Assembly (NCBI GenBank): GCA_963709405.1
Contig: CAVPXM010000053.1
Location: 107,154 to 171,153 of the forward strand
Direction of reading: 5' to 3'
Source of the DNA: an uncultured Nitrososphaerales archaeon
GTDB lineage: Archaea; Thermoproteota; Nitrososphaeria; Nitrososphaerales; Nitrososphaeraceae
Length of the DNA stretch: 64,000 bases
Below the pieces are notes generated by a model. That model had not been told where the DNA came from. It saw only the letters and a program-made list of their open reading frames with translations, and made no database searches. A program made the position numbers and the translations under genes. Below, in pieces: positions 1 through 13,200 of the stretch. Every line of letters starts with the position of its first letter. The stretch's first letter is position 1.

Positions 1-481
1 ATTCTGGTATTTAAGATCACTCCGGATATGTTGAATATCGGGCCAGATTCTGGAAAAGAGCCAGTCCATCTCTCGAATTTGACGTTTAATGTTCATTAAA
101 GGACATCCTCTAGACGATGCTGAACTCCGACTCGCTCGGATACTTCACTCCGTTGGGTTACATTATCGTTAGATAAATTTTTGGAACAGAACATGCTTAG
201 GTTAACGTCATTTCTCGCTATACGCCGCGGGATAATGGGTATTTCAGGTGCGAGTTTTTTTATTCAACACCATCCATTTTACCCACCCCCATAGTTTCAT
301 TTATCATTTGTTGATGACTGAGGGTCTTTATTATCTTCTATAAATTGCGTTCTTTTTGCAAGAATACTTAACAATTCTTAATCTTTTGAATCAACAATCA
401 TGATAAATTGATAAGAAATTATTACTATAAAAATAGTCAAGGTAATTATTATATAGTATATTTGCATACTTTGAACTTAGG

Positions 482-712
482 ATGAAGTCTAGCATTGAGG
501 ACTTGGAAATAGCGTCTGGTTTGAAGAAAATGTTAATAGATGCTGGATTCACTGCTGACTCTATCCTTCATTACGACATAAACGAAATATCTACTATTTT
601 GGGGATAGAGATTTATGTCGCCAAAATTATCTTTGATGCCGCAAAGAAATTTGATCAAGCAAGACCCAGAGGCAGCTTTGTTAAGGATTCCGTTGGCGCT
701 GCATTGGAGTAG
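482..712 (+). CDS. small hypothetical protein, helix-hairpin-helix-like (RadA/Rad51 N-terminal-like)
   Basis: 76-aa ORF with ATG and TATA-like sequence upstream; pattern IEDLEI..GLKKMLIDAGF..EISTILGI..AKII resembles HhH/SAM-like modules. Confidence 0.55.
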   Translation: MKSSIEDLEIASGLKKMLIDAGFTADSILHYDINEISTILGIEIYVAKIIFDAAKKFDQARPRGSFVKDSVGAALE

Positions 713-1197
713 TACAAAGATAAATATCGGGATCAGATTACGGTCATTCCCATTGAGATGTTAATTCTTATAATTTCCCTTAGTCACTATTCGGAAGCAA
801 TAGTTTAGAAATGATCATTTCCAGTACAGTAATATCCCTTTCTTATTAGTTGCTTTTCACAAAATATTCAAACCAGTCTGGTTATTATCGTCTACAACGT
901 CGCAAATATGCCACACAATACACATATCAATGCCTAATCTAGAAGCTAAATGTAGTCTCGAATCAATCTGTAAGGCATGGAGCAACTTTGTGTTTTTGAC
1001 AGGTAAAAGGTTCAGTTTGAGGTCGGAGCATGTCTATAATGTTAAATGCACATCATTCCATGATTGCGATTACTTGCTTTGGTCTTAAGATTTCCACACC
1101 CCGGTACGCATGTTATTATGTACAATTTAGAAGTAAATTAAAGGTCGATCAAGAGGTATCAAAAGAGATAAGTATCAAAGAGTATTTTGTAGACTTA

Positions 1198-1881
1198 TTG
1201 GATAGCAAGGGGTATTACGCAATTTTCGGAGTATCTGAACATGCTAATTATCAAGAGATAAAAAAAGCATACAGACACCTTGCTAGGAAATATCACCCAG
1301 ATAGGAATACTTCTGGTATATCTGATGAAATGATCAAGATGATAAACGCTGCGTTTGAGATTCTCTCAGATAAGGATAAACGGCACACATATGACAATGA
1401 CGAGTATCACGATGTGGTTTCTGGATCGGCCAATCAAGGATCAGATCATGATGTACACGACGAGAAAGTAAACAGTGCAGGTTATCACAATAGTAAAACC
1501 TACAATACCACTGGTTTTAATGCTCAGAATTTTGTAGGTAGTAGTGGCTTTGCGGATTACAACGATTCGAACGAAAGGAGTAACTATACGCAATTTGCAG
1601 AGTTCGGCCCGGACTCGACTACGATTTCAGGCCTGCTTGATATCCCGAAGGGTCGATTCCATCTAGTTGTTGAACCGTCTCTTTGTATGGCCTTTGGGAG
1701 TTGCGAAACTCTAGCACCTAAAGTATTTGTAGTAGAAAAAAACAAGAGGATAAATCCAAAGGCTATAGTTGCGTCAGAAGTTGATGGAACTTATGATGAA
1801 ATACTTTCTGCCGCACAAACGTGCCCCACAAAGGCAATCAAAATTATAGACAGATACACAGGGGAACAAATTTATCCATAG
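1198..1881 (+). CDS. DnaJ-domain / ferredoxin fusion protein (DnaJ-Fer)
   Basis: J-domain YYAIFGV..EIKKAYRHLARKYHPDRN (HPD motif); C-terminal ferredoxin CMAFGSC...CPTKAI. Start probably TTG at 1198 rather than 1030. Confidence 0.9.
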   Translation: MDSKGYYAIFGVSEHANYQEIKKAYRHLARKYHPDRNTSGISDEMIKMINAAFEILSDKDKRHTYDNDEYHDVVSGSANQGSDHDVHDEKVNSAGYHNSKTYNTTGFNAQNFVGSSGFADYNDSNERSNYTQFAEFGPDSTTISGLLDIPKGRFHLVVEPSLCMAFGSCETLAPKVFVVEKNKRINPKAIVASEVDGTYDEILSAAQTCPTKAIKIIDRYTGEQIYP

Positions 1882-2730
1882 TTGACGACAATCTACTCTC
1901 ACGATTTACCTCATTAATACCTGGCAAAACATCTTGCTCATGATTAGTTGAAAATTCAACTTTTGAAAATACACGTTCCAGTTAAATCTTTTGAATAGAC
2001 CAGAGGATTTTTGGTCTCGGTTCTCTACACTGAAACACCAATGAGAAAGAAACTGTAAAACATCATAAAAAAGGTTCTCTGATTGAAGATCGTAATATAT
2101 TCCCAATTGTAAACAATGAGTACAATTAATATGCAAGAGTGGATACGTCGACAATAGGGAATTAATGAACTGCTGTGATGAAAATCTTGGTCAAAGGTAG
2201 TTGCAACAGCTTATTGCACGAATATGTGATTATCAAAACATGGAGTTGTTTACATTAGTAGAGGACCAACTCAAGATAATTGAATCTGTAATTAATCTCG
2301 TGTTTAAAACAAGTCCACAATAACACCTTCGGTCTATAAGTTCATTGGTTTGCAATCTTGAAAATCATTTGACTAGGAGTGATAGACGAAAATGAGTATT
2401 ATAAACGAGACAGGATATAATATTAGAAGAGTAATTTAGTTGCCTGAAAACATATTTGCATAAAGAAAATAACAATACATATGAGCATAATACATTGATT
2501 CCACGCTTCATGGCAAGATGCACTAGTTGACTTGAATTCATCGAATCAGTAGAGCGTTGCCTAGTAATAATTTTTAAAGGAACAAGAATTTTTGATATAA
2601 CTCGGGTATCGAAACTACAGCTAAATTGTACTATTCTCCATTTACTAGTATTGATTGGCCAACATTTTTCCTACAAAAGGGTTTGTAGAAACAAGGAATC
2701 ATATTGTGATGTACAAATTACTAAGTGCGC

Positions 2731-4533
2731 TCAAGCCATCTTTTTTAACGACTGAATTCTTTCTGAAACCAAATCGAACCCCTGTTGCCAGAATCCACCT
2801 GAAGTGATATCAATATCGGCTTCCTTTAACAAATCCTCGGGTTTCCGTGAACCTCCAGCAGATAGTATCGTAAAATATTTTTGGATAAAGTCTTTACCTT
2901 CTTTCATATACTGGCTGTAGAGAGACAACGCTAATAGATTACCAAATGAATAGGCGTAGCAATAAAATGGAGTATGATAAAAATGTGGTATGAACAACCA
3001 CTCCCATCTGAAATCTGCAGAAATATTTACTGAATGGCCGAACTGTTGCGCTAAATTGTTTAGATAGATTTCAGAAATACCGTCAGCAGGCATATTATCC
3101 TCTGCGATAGCTTTGTGTGCATCAATTTCAAAAATGGTGAAATAAGCCTGTCTCATTATTGTAGCATAGAAATCATCAATCTGCTGAGCAAGGAATGATT
3201 TACGTTCTTCCCCCTTCAGTCCAATGGATAGACCATCAATCAAGAGCATCTCGGCGAACACTGATGCAGTTTCTGCTAATGGAAGAGGAGCATGAGCCAC
3301 AAAATAAGGGTTAGATGAGGCGGAGATACTGTGAATAGCATGACCCAATTCATGAGACATCGTAGATACATCCCTACGCTTACCATCGAAATTGAGTAAC
3401 ACATATGGAGTTATTTTCGGTGAGATCGTTGAACAAAAAGCTCCGCTCTGTTTATTTTTCCTAATCCCATAATCGATATGCTTTTCGGAAAAGAGTCTTT
3501 CCGCAGACTCCCTGAACTCTGGTGTAAATTCTTCGAATGTCTTTAGTACGAGAGATTTAGCTCGACTAAACGTAATTCTTTTTTGATTGGATTCATTTAG
3601 CGATATTGGGGCATAAATATGGTATCTATGGAGCTTCCTTACACCGAGGATCCTAGCTTTTTCTTTGAAATAGATATGAAAGATCGAGGCATTACGTTTA
3701 CACGCATCTAGTAAAGTCTGTACGGTCGAATCTTCTATATTATTGAAAGTATTTCGGACTGATATAGCTGATTTGAATCCTCTCATATTCACGTATTCAT
3801 CGCGCCATTGGATCACTCTGTTAAGATAAATTTCTGACAATGTCCCACTATTTTTTTTATACACCTGTAATAGTGACCTATATGCAGCTTCCCTTTCTTC
3901 AGGTTTCGAACTTCTTATCATTGAAAGTAATTTTTCTTTATTGAAAAATATCTTTTTGGTAATTCTTTTGTTCTTTTTGATAGTAACTATAAATTCTAAT
4001 CCGTTCGAAAATCTATCATAGATCTTTACTAGTGCATTGGTTCCAGTAACCTCCAAAGTATTAATAATTTTCTCTTCTGGTTCAGTCAATGTGTACTTTG
4101 AGAGCAACCTCTTATGCTTAAGGAATTCTTTGTACACATACGGTACTGAATCAATTAGTCTGAGGGCATCATCTTCTTTCAATAACTTTTTAAACCAAAT
4201 GTCAAAAAATAGAAGCCTATTAGAAAGAGTGGATGAAAGAGCATCCATTTTTGTCACAAGAGCAGCGGATTCATTTGAAGAAGTATCTGATGCATATAAC
4301 AAGTGGTAATATCCCCCGGCAGTACTCACCCTTTCAGATATATTTTCAATTGAAAGTAGTAGATTTCTAAAGTCCGCTGCAGAGATAGTGTCGGCGAGGA
4401 TTTGCTGTTTAGCTTCGACATCTTTTACACTCCTTTCAACGGATCGCAAAAATTTTTCGAATCCTTGCTTGTACGAGTTCTCAAGATCTCCGAGGTCCCA
4501 AGAAGCAACCTTAGGTTTAACTCTAGCAGGCAT
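2731..4533 (-). CDS. pepF: M3B family oligoendopeptidase F
   Basis: N-terminal WDL, KQSGAFC, zinc motif HELGHAIH, AETASVFAE, HFYHTPFYCYAYSFG. Confidence 0.92.
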   Translation of the reverse strand: MPARVKPKVASWDLGDLENSYKQGFEKFLRSVERSVKDVEAKQQILADTISAADFRNLLLSIENISERVSTAGGYYHLLYASDTSSNESAALVTKMDALSSTLSNRLLFFDIWFKKLLKEDDALRLIDSVPYVYKEFLKHKRLLSKYTLTEPEEKIINTLEVTGTNALVKIYDRFSNGLEFIVTIKKNKRITKKIFFNKEKLLSMIRSSKPEEREAAYRSLLQVYKKNSGTLSEIYLNRVIQWRDEYVNMRGFKSAISVRNTFNNIEDSTVQTLLDACKRNASIFHIYFKEKARILGVRKLHRYHIYAPISLNESNQKRITFSRAKSLVLKTFEEFTPEFRESAERLFSEKHIDYGIRKNKQSGAFCSTISPKITPYVLLNFDGKRRDVSTMSHELGHAIHSISASSNPYFVAHAPLPLAETASVFAEMLLIDGLSIGLKGEERKSFLAQQIDDFYATIMRQAYFTIFEIDAHKAIAEDNMPADGISEIYLNNLAQQFGHSVNISADFRWEWLFIPHFYHTPFYCYAYSFGNLLALSLYSQYMKEGKDFIQKYFTILSAGGSRKPEDLLKEADIDITSGGFWQQGFDLVSERIQSLKKMA

Positions 4534-4771
4534 ATATTAAAAGACTGGTATTTTGCAGCTATCTGGTCTCATATATACGATTCAGATATTTAGAGACTTT
4601 TGATGTATTGCAAAATTGTAGGTCAGCCACATTCATGATCGTCTAAGAGAAGCATTTGACCACTAACTATTAATTTAGACTTCAGTGTAGATGATGGAGC
4701 ATTTTATTTATGGTTCTCATCATTCTACCCAAGAATTTTGCTTTGATGATATTAAAAATAAGTGGCGTGCC

Positions 4772-5565
4772 TCATTGGATTCGTTCGGACCGATTGAATA
4801 AAGGAGGAAAGGCGCAAGTTCTAGGAGCATAAGCATTTGATAAGCAATAGTACCATATTTCTCTGACAACTTTTGTAATTTTGGTATAGTCATCACTATC
4901 TTCAGAATTTTTTACAATTGCTTCTTGATCGGCTATTTGCTTCTTTATATCTTGAAGTCTTGCCTTTTCTTTGTCACATTCTGATCTAATATTCTTGTAT
5001 TCTAGTCTAATGGGCTCTATTCTTTTGGACATGTCAATTATCTGATCATTTAAATTCTGAAACTGGTCGGCTGACACTCTTAATTTAAACTCCAATGCAT
5101 TATTCTCGTGTTGTAGATGTTCATACTCACATTGAACTAATGGCAAATGATTGTTGGCGATGATAAGAAGGTTAATGACTTGTTGTACACCCATATTCGC
5201 AGACTTCGATGCTCTGTATAGATTCTAGAAAGTGACCTATGTTGTCTCCAAGCTCTTGATGTATGATTAACCGCATTATGTTGTATCAATCTTAGGTATT
5301 CCGTATGGTATTGGATTACCTGCATCTGTGCAATGTTTAATGTGATGGCAACGTCTATTGGTTGTTTACCCTGCCGAAATAGCTCATAAGCTTGCACAGA
5401 TAAGGATTTATGTTCTTGCCTCTCTTTTTCTCTAATTGCCCTGTTTATAATATCTCCAATATCTCGAGGAGATTTTCTTGCTATTTTGGCTACTTCACGA
5501 ATTGTCTTATTCTGGTTGAAGTACAAATCTAAGACAAGTTCTTCCTTTTCCTTTCGAGTTAACAC
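4772..5565 (-). pseudogene. frameshifted HTH + coiled-coil hypothetical protein
   Basis: N-terminal HTH-like (LDLYFNQNKTIREVAKIARKSPRDIGDII) in 5137..5565 continues in another frame as the coiled-coil ORF 4772..5194; both ORF tails look out of frame. Confidence 0.6.
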
Positions 5566-6696
5566 TCCTTTTGGTTTTTGTGTCTATATCTTTCATATCT
5601 AGAGAATTTATAAGAATCTGGTTTAAAATAAAAAAGGCCATTGTTATCACTTTGTATCTTTTGTTACCATTGGATTATCACCAATTACCACCTTGTTACA
5701 GTCTATTTCCAGCAGCGTCATCTGACACCGTCTGTTATCAAGTCAATTTAGGTGAACTCAAAATATAGATAGGTGAGTAGCCATAAGGATAGATGGAGAA
5801 TAAGGGAAATTCATTAAGTAGGTTAACAAGATATACTATTCCGGTTAGTGCTCTCAATAACCAAAGCATTAGAAGAGTAATAATAAAGAGAATTTGTTGT
5901 GTGTTTATAGATAAATAACATAAGTAGACACACAGTATGTCTACTACTATCTTCACCATCTTTACTTTTGTTCATTCTGACAGGAGGAAATTCATCTGAC
6001 CCTCTTCGGATTTGTAGCAATACCCTATCTAGCACTATAATTCATATTTGTTGTTTGCCACAGATCGCGCATTAGCTACCGCAATTGTTACATCCGTTTC
6101 GATTTCAATTATGCGAGCTGGATTTCCACAAGCTGTATGTCCTGAAGGATATTTCACATTGGTTATCTTAGATTGCTTGTCCAGTGGATGAATTTGGCCA
6201 AATAGATCATCAAGATAATAATATGGTCTGACATACAAACACATTATCATTAGATAGAGAGTGCTATTTCATGAAAATGGAATTTTGCTCACTTACTGGT
6301 ACCACTATGAGGCTGATGTTAATGGCCTTGCAGTAAAAGATGAAAAAAAATGCCCAGATTTGCCGTCATTCATAGTTGGGTCTAGATAAATTAACTTCAA
6401 CCTTCACTGACAATTATATTTTGAGTAGTAAGTGCATTTTCTTTCTGATAATCGTGCTTTCAGATGATCTAGATAATAAGGCCTCTGCCTTCAGTGGCTA
6501 ACTCAGCTTTTGATCAAAAAGAACGTCATGAACATGACCATGTTCACGATTCTGATCGGTGCAGTAATCATCTGCTCTCCCATCTATCAAGGATGTAGGT
6601 GATAATTTTCGCTATTCTTATGGTTATTTTTTTGAATGTCCCGGCAAATACGGTATAGATTTCAAGGATCTGGATATATAGTGTAGATATTCTTAT

Positions 6697-8130
6697 TTAC
6701 ATGACATCAACATCATGAGGTTGACTTTCCAGAAAACCAGCAGAAGATATCTTTACAAAATTGGCGTTATTCTGCATATCCAAAATCGTTCTAGCACCGC
6801 AATAACTTAACCCCGATCTTAAACCACCCACCAGTTGTCTAATTATATCGACTACACTGCCCTTGTAAGGGACCATAGCCTCGACCCCTTCCGGAACATA
6901 ATCGTTAAGATCGTCTGAATCAATTATTTCATGGCCTTCTTCCCTAAATTTTCTTCCAAGCGAAGCATAGAAGGAAGCCATACCTCTATACATCTTGAAT
7001 TTTTTACCGTTCTTGACCAAGGTCTTACCCGGGCTCTCGTCGGTACCACCGAATAAGCTTCCAACCATAACCGATGATGAACCTGCAGCAATAGCTTTTG
7101 TTGCATCACCAGAGGTCCTGATTCCTCCATCCGAGATTAACGGAACATCATGATCCTTTGCAATTTTTACACTATCCATAACTGCGGTTAACTGAGGAAC
7201 ACCAGATCCGGTTACAACTCTCGTGATACATATTGAACCCGATCCAACTCCGATTTTTACGGCATCTACACCAACAGATATTAAATCTTTTGTGCCCTCT
7301 CCCGTAGCGACATTTCCAGCAATTAATTCGCAGTTTGGAAATGCCTTTTTTATAGTTCGAACAGTGTTAATTGCATTGTCACTATGACCATGTGCAATAT
7401 CTACTACAATCGAGTCCGCGCCGCTTTCTAAGAGTGCTTCTGTACGTTCCAGATAATCACCCTTTACACCAACAGCGGCTCCAACTAGCAATCTTCCTTT
7501 TTTGTCCTTTGAAGCAAGAGGATATTCCTCCATTTTCAATATATCTTTGCTTGTAATTAATCCAATAATGTGCCTGTTGTCATTAATTACTGGCAGCTTC
7601 TCAATCCTATGCTGATGAAGCATCTCTTTTGCTCTTTCGATGGTAATTCCCTCCTGGGCTGTTATGACATCCTTGCTCATAAGCTCTGACACTTTTGTGT
7701 CTAAACTGTCTAGGAACGTAATATCGCGTCTTGTTATGATCCCAGTCAACTTGTCGCGATCTTCGACCAACAACCCGGAAACCCCGAAATGAGTCATAGC
7801 CATTCTTGCTTCTTTTGCAGTCATATCTGGTTTTATGGTATAAGGTTGTTCGATAATGACTGACTCTGAACGCTTTACCCTAAGCACCTCATCAACTTGA
7901 TCTTGGATGCTCATAAATCTATGAACAATTCCTATACCTCCCTCTCTTGCTAAAGCAATAGCCATACCTGATTCGGTGACAGTATCCATATTCGCGCTTA
8001 CAAAAGGTATGTTTAGTGTTATATTCCGTGAAAGTTTAGTCTTCAGATTAGTTTCAGATCTTGAGATTATATGCGATCGTTTAGGAATTAAAAGTACGTC
8101 GTCAAACGTTAAACCCTCTTTAAGAGTCAA
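6697..8130 (-). CDS. guaB: IMP dehydrogenase with CBS pair
   Basis: LTFDDVLL, SANMDTVT, CBS domains, catalytic GVGSGSICITR, YRGMAS, VPEGVE. Confidence 0.97.
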   Translation of the reverse strand: MTLKEGLTFDDVLLIPKRSHIISRSETNLKTKLSRNITLNIPFVSANMDTVTESGMAIALAREGGIGIVHRFMSIQDQVDEVLRVKRSESVIIEQPYTIKPDMTAKEARMAMTHFGVSGLLVEDRDKLTGIITRRDITFLDSLDTKVSELMSKDVITAQEGITIERAKEMLHQHRIEKLPVINDNRHIIGLITSKDILKMEEYPLASKDKKGRLLVGAAVGVKGDYLERTEALLESGADSIVVDIAHGHSDNAINTVRTIKKAFPNCELIAGNVATGEGTKDLISVGVDAVKIGVGSGSICITRVVTGSGVPQLTAVMDSVKIAKDHDVPLISDGGIRTSGDATKAIAAGSSSVMVGSLFGGTDESPGKTLVKNGKKFKMYRGMASFYASLGRKFREEGHEIIDSDDLNDYVPEGVEAMVPYKGSVVDIIRQLVGGLRSGLSYCGARTILDMQNNANFVKISSAGFLESQPHDVDVM

Positions 8131-8417
8131 AATCCCCTTGCTAACTAGTCACTTTGTGGCGTTATAAGCGTTTTCCCCTTAAATGATCTAATCTTTAGAA
8201 GATTGCACGCTCTAGGATCAATATCAATAGACCTACGACTGATATTGTTCCTCATCCACTATATTATCATAAGGTTAACATCTTTTGATAGTTCTATATC
8301 CTTTTTCCTAGGAATTTTTTTCAGATACTACTCATTTTGAATTTTACCGAAATCACCAACAAATTAAAATAATATCTTCAATCACACATAAAACTAGATA
8401 GGATTAGTCGGCTCTGA

Positions 8418-9092
8418 ATGAAAGTAGGAAAAAATAGTATTGCAATATTTGACACCTTTAAGACAAAAAGAAACAAGTTTACAGGAGAAGCCAGAAGACA
8501 ACGTGGGATAATTGCTCATCTTGCCATGGAACAAAGCCCAGAGTTGCGTACAAGAACTTCAATAGCACATTTTATAGCGAAGAAACATGGAATATTGTGG
8601 CAAAATATTTATTCTGGAATATTTAGAGATTTGGACGAGGTACTTATACCCTCAGGAGTAGTAAAAGAAGGAGGAAGACTACCTTTGCGACGTGGTCCAA
8701 GAGCACTTCAGCTGGAGGGAGTGCCGTTTTACGAGCTCACCGAATCTGGATTGATTGTTGCATCATCAATTGAGGAGATAGATGACAGAATGAGGCTACT
8801 GAAAAGCTATATTTCATCTAGGCATTCCAATAATAAAGACGAGAGCATGATGTTCGAAGGTTTACTCCTACTAATAGATATCGCTCCCTTATTTATATCA
8901 AAAATCATTAATGAATATATTTATGCCTATACAACAGGCTTGATTCAAAACATAACACCAATTGATATGAAAAAATTTCAAAATGTTGTATCTAATAAAA
9001 TTTCTGTAGAAAGAGAATTGCTTGAGGCAATCGTTAATTCTCGCCCAGAACAGAGGGATGTTATCATGAATTTCTTTAAAGTCATCAAGTGA
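8418..9092 (+). CDS. conserved thaumarchaeal hypothetical protein (winged-helix-like)
   Basis: 224-aa ORF divergent from guaB; helical region followed by PFYELTESG wing-like motif. Confidence 0.7.
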   Translation: MKVGKNSIAIFDTFKTKRNKFTGEARRQRGIIAHLAMEQSPELRTRTSIAHFIAKKHGILWQNIYSGIFRDLDEVLIPSGVVKEGGRLPLRRGPRALQLEGVPFYELTESGLIVASSIEEIDDRMRLLKSYISSRHSNNKDESMMFEGLLLLIDIAPLFISKIINEYIYAYTTGLIQNITPIDMKKFQNVVSNKISVERELLEAIVNSRPEQRDVIMNFFKVIK

Positions 9093-9529
9093 GATATCGC
9101 CTCGATTCATATTTAAAAGTAGGACATCGATATCTCTTGAAGACCATTCTTAATTCTCCCAACGCCTTATCTTCTTTCCGTTGCATGAATGACTTGTGAA
9201 CCGCTAAGACAATTCCATGGGAGACATCTTCTGCTTTCGAGAGTTACACCTAAGTCGTCCATACGAACTAGCATTACATCTAGTAGCTGAGAGATAGCTA
9301 TTACACTTATCTTTCATTTTATTTGTCTAAAATGCAATCGGGCCTACAGGATATTGATATCATAAGAATTGATCGATTCGGTAAAAATTACTAGGCTCGA
9401 CAAAATTTGTACTTTAGGAATATCAGTTGGACCTATAACCCATTTCGATAATCTTTATTTGAATACACGATTCATTGCTCGATCTGAATTGACATATATG
9501 GAAAATAATGTGATTGCGACGACATTGGT

Positions 9530-9763
9530 CTATCGAGATCTTATCGCATAATTTACTTCAAACATTGTAATTATATCCTTCAAGGCTTCATTGGAGGAAA
9601 AACTACAAATTGTGACCCAATTTCTCCGTATTTTTGCGCTTATTTGACAGACTCCGCCAGAGGTATCAGGAATTATTTCTACCGTGACATCGTATGTATG
9701 TCTTAATTCAGCCTCTAGTTTATTTACAATCAGTCGTGTACCTGATATTAGTATTTTATGCAT
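9530..9763 (-). CDS. small hypothetical protein
   Basis: 77-aa ORF with ATG and plausible globular alpha/beta composition. Confidence 0.55.
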   Translation of the reverse strand: MHKILISGTRLIVNKLEAELRHTYDVTVEIIPDTSGGVCQISAKIRRNWVTICSFSSNEALKDIITMFEVNYAIRSR

Positions 9764-10267
9764 ATGCGCCTTACACTGGAGCTCTATCTAAAAAGGGATA
9801 AAAACTATGTCTAGACATCTTAAACGCATAGCCATTGTTTGTATCCGAACAGCTTCAATAGACAGAGTCTTAAATAAATCTCGCGTTTCAGTTCTTCCCT
9901 GTATTCATTGTTTCATTTGAATAGCATTCCATTAGACTAGCCGACTCGTTTTTATCGAGCCCACAATATCTGCAGATAAAAAATTGAGTGTGAACAAACG
10001 AGTTTAAATCCCACGCACCAAAGAGCATACCCGGGGTTCATGGGTACACTTCATTAAGGAGTATATTATTATCTAAGATGTTACATCAGAGAGAGTAATC
10101 ACTAATTAGTAAAAAGCATCTCCAGTAGTTGTTGTTATGTTATTGTTTACGATTTTTACAATCCTATGGAACACAAACGTCATACAAGAATTTTTTTTAC
10201 CATTAGGCGCTCGAGATTGTTTTGGAACATATATTAGATACAATGATTTGTCATTACTAATCCTTCA

Positions 10268-13200
10268 TTGGTGCATATCAAGAAATTAGAGATATATGGT
10301 TTTAAGTCGTTTGGTTTAAAGAATACATCATTAAACTTTGGCAAAGGACTCGTTGCAGTCACAGGTCCTAATGGATCCGGGAAGAGTAATATCATGGACG
10401 CGATATTATTCGCAATGGGCGAAAACAGTCCGAAAGCAATGCGTGTCGACAGATTCCAATCATTATTTCACGATAACCAGAGTACTTCTTCAGGATTAAT
10501 CCGTGTCAGTCTAAGTTTTGATAATACAGACCGTGGAATTCCTGTAGATTTCGATTCCGTAACCCTGACCAGAGAAATGGAAGGACGCACTGGTGATAGC
10601 CAGTACTATCTCAACGGTAAAAAAGTAACTAAATTCACGATCACCGAACTACTTGAAATTGTGATGGGAGCCTCAAATAAGCTTAACATCGTTCAGCAGG
10701 GAATGATAACCCGTATTTCCGAGTTAAACCTGGACGAACGCAGAAAAATTATAGAAGATATAGTTGGACTTTCATATTTCGATGAAAAAAAGACTGAGGC
10801 TGTTAAACATCTCGAGGAAGCTGATCGTCGTTTAGAGGTGGCGTTTGCAAAGATCGGCGAAATCAGGAAGCGAATCGACGAGCTGGAAGCAGAAAGAAAT
10901 GATCAGCTAAGATATGGTCAACTTGAAAAAGAAATAACAAAATTTAAAGCAGTCAAACTTTCTAATACTTTAAGATCAATTCGCGATAGAACAGAAGCAC
11001 GCAAAAAAGTGTTGGATTCTACCAAGGTACATATTTCAGAATTATCGTTGAAGTTAGAAGAGGTCCAGTCAAAAATAGAGAAGATAAACACTGAAAAAAT
11101 ACGGTTTATTCAAGATGTAGATGCCGCAAATAAAGTAAAGGCAAAAATTGGAAGCAGACTGGCAAGTATCGTATACGAAGCTGAGCGAAAGAAGGCATTA
11201 CTAAAGGAGACTGAACAGAGAATCAATTATCTAGATAAACGGATACCATTACTCAAAACAGAGAAACATAGTTATGATGAAAAAATTGTAAAAGGAAAGT
11301 CGGATTTGCACCAAATTAATCTTGTAATGAATGATAAGAGAGAATCACTTTCTAAACTAAGATCCGAACTAGAGAAGGTTAACTCTAAAATTGATGAGAT
11401 CACTTCCATGGCGAACGCAGTTAGGGATTCTACCTCTAAATTAGAATCAAAATATAAAAAATTACAAAATATTAAAAATAATATAGAAGTATCAAGAACA
11501 AGGATAGAAGAAAAAACAAGGCTAAACCAAGAAAGAGGCAAGGAATATATCGAAAAAATTAGCCTCTTGGCTGAGAGGATTCAAAAGGATAAGACTTCTC
11601 TGAATATATGCGTAGAGGTAAGAGACTCAGAAATGGCAAATCTAGATTCTATGTTCACATTGCAAAAGGACCTAGAAAAGTTAGAAATTTCTTATGAAGA
11701 TGGGCTATCAAAATCTGGGGAAGTTCTTTCCAGAGCAAAAAATACAACTTCAAGATATGAGGCAAAGACAACTATTGCAAAAGATGTTATGAACGAAGAT
11801 TTTGCTGTCGCAGAATTGATGCCTAAATATGATCAATTTGGAATAAAGGGATTAGTACACGAAGTATTGAATTGGGATAGAGCTTATGAAAGAGCAGTAT
11901 TGGCTGCTGGTTCAGATTGGATGAAGGCCTTTGTAGTAGATAGTGTAAGATCTATGATTTCTATAGTCCAATACGCCAAGTCAAGACAACTACCTCGCCT
12001 TAGAATTATTCCTCTAAGTGTACTCAACCATACCCAGAAGAATATAATAAGCAAGAAAGATCGGCGGGACATTACAGGGATCATTGGAAATCTTTCGGAT
12101 TTCATAAAGTCGGATTATTCGAAACTCGTACGGTTTATTTTTGGTAGCACTTTCCTTGTCAGAACTCCTTCCCTTGCTTATTTGCTAGCGAAACGAGGAT
12201 ATAGAGTTGTCTCTATCTCTGGTGAGCTTTTCGAGTCGGATGTAACTTCCATGTCCGTGGACTTCGGGTCCAAAATATCTGATCTAACTGAAGCAATCTT
12301 GCTCGGCGATTCCATAGGTATAATGAGGCGGCAACTCACCTCCCTAGACGATTTGATAAGAAAGAAAACAATAGACCATGATAGTATAGCATCGAAGCTA
12401 CGGGAACTGGAACCATCAGTGATAAGAGGTGAAGCAAAGATAGGAAACGTCAATAATGAACTAGCTTACCTACAAAATTCCGTAGCTGACACAGAAGCAT
12501 CACTTAGCCAACTTAATGCAAACTATGGAATAATTCTGTCTGAAAATAATCAATTAACTTACGAACTTGAGAAATACCAGACCAGATTGGCTATATTGAC
12601 ATCAACCATGGATAGAATAACACAGCAATTAAAAATTAACGAAGATAGTGTTTATAAAAATGAGCTCGTGGAAGTAGGCAGTAGGAAGACTCAGATTATA
12701 AAACTAATCGAAAATTTTGATTTTGAGTTGCGTGAACTAATTACAAGTTCCACATCTTCAAAAATTGATCTTGATAATTACGTGGAGCGAGCTAATTCAG
12801 GTGATGAGGAGATGCGTCAATTAGAAAGCGAAGTTCATGAAAAAAATGGGCAACTCCTTGGACTTCGGAAAATCGTACAATCCGTCGAGAGCGAAATCCA
12901 AACATGCAGGGATCAAGAACAGCAAACGATAGACGCATCTGGAGCATCGTATACCATCCTCCAAGAATATGAGGCACAGATAAGACTTTTAATGGAAGAT
13001 GAGAAAAAACTCTCAAAAGAAATCAATGCTCTAGAAAGAGATTTTGTCGTTAATCAAAAGGACGTTTCAAATCTTAATAATGAAGAATTGGAACACTATA
13101 ATGAACTTAATGATTTAGGATATAAGAATCTACTAGATTCATTTGATGTAGACGTTGCGATTAAAGAGCTAAATATTGAGTATGAGAAAATACGAAACAC

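Noticed and set aside
1-96. Minus-strand ORF start MNIKRQIREMDWLFSRIWPDIQ.. running off the window
   Set aside because: Too short within the window to support as a gene
146-158. 11-bp match CCCAACGGAGT (reverse strand) with ~42587
   Set aside because: Short single match with unrelated flanks; compatible with chance
5571-6250. Several 65-73-aa ORFs
   Set aside because: Overlapping, no recognisable motifs, AT-rich spurious composition
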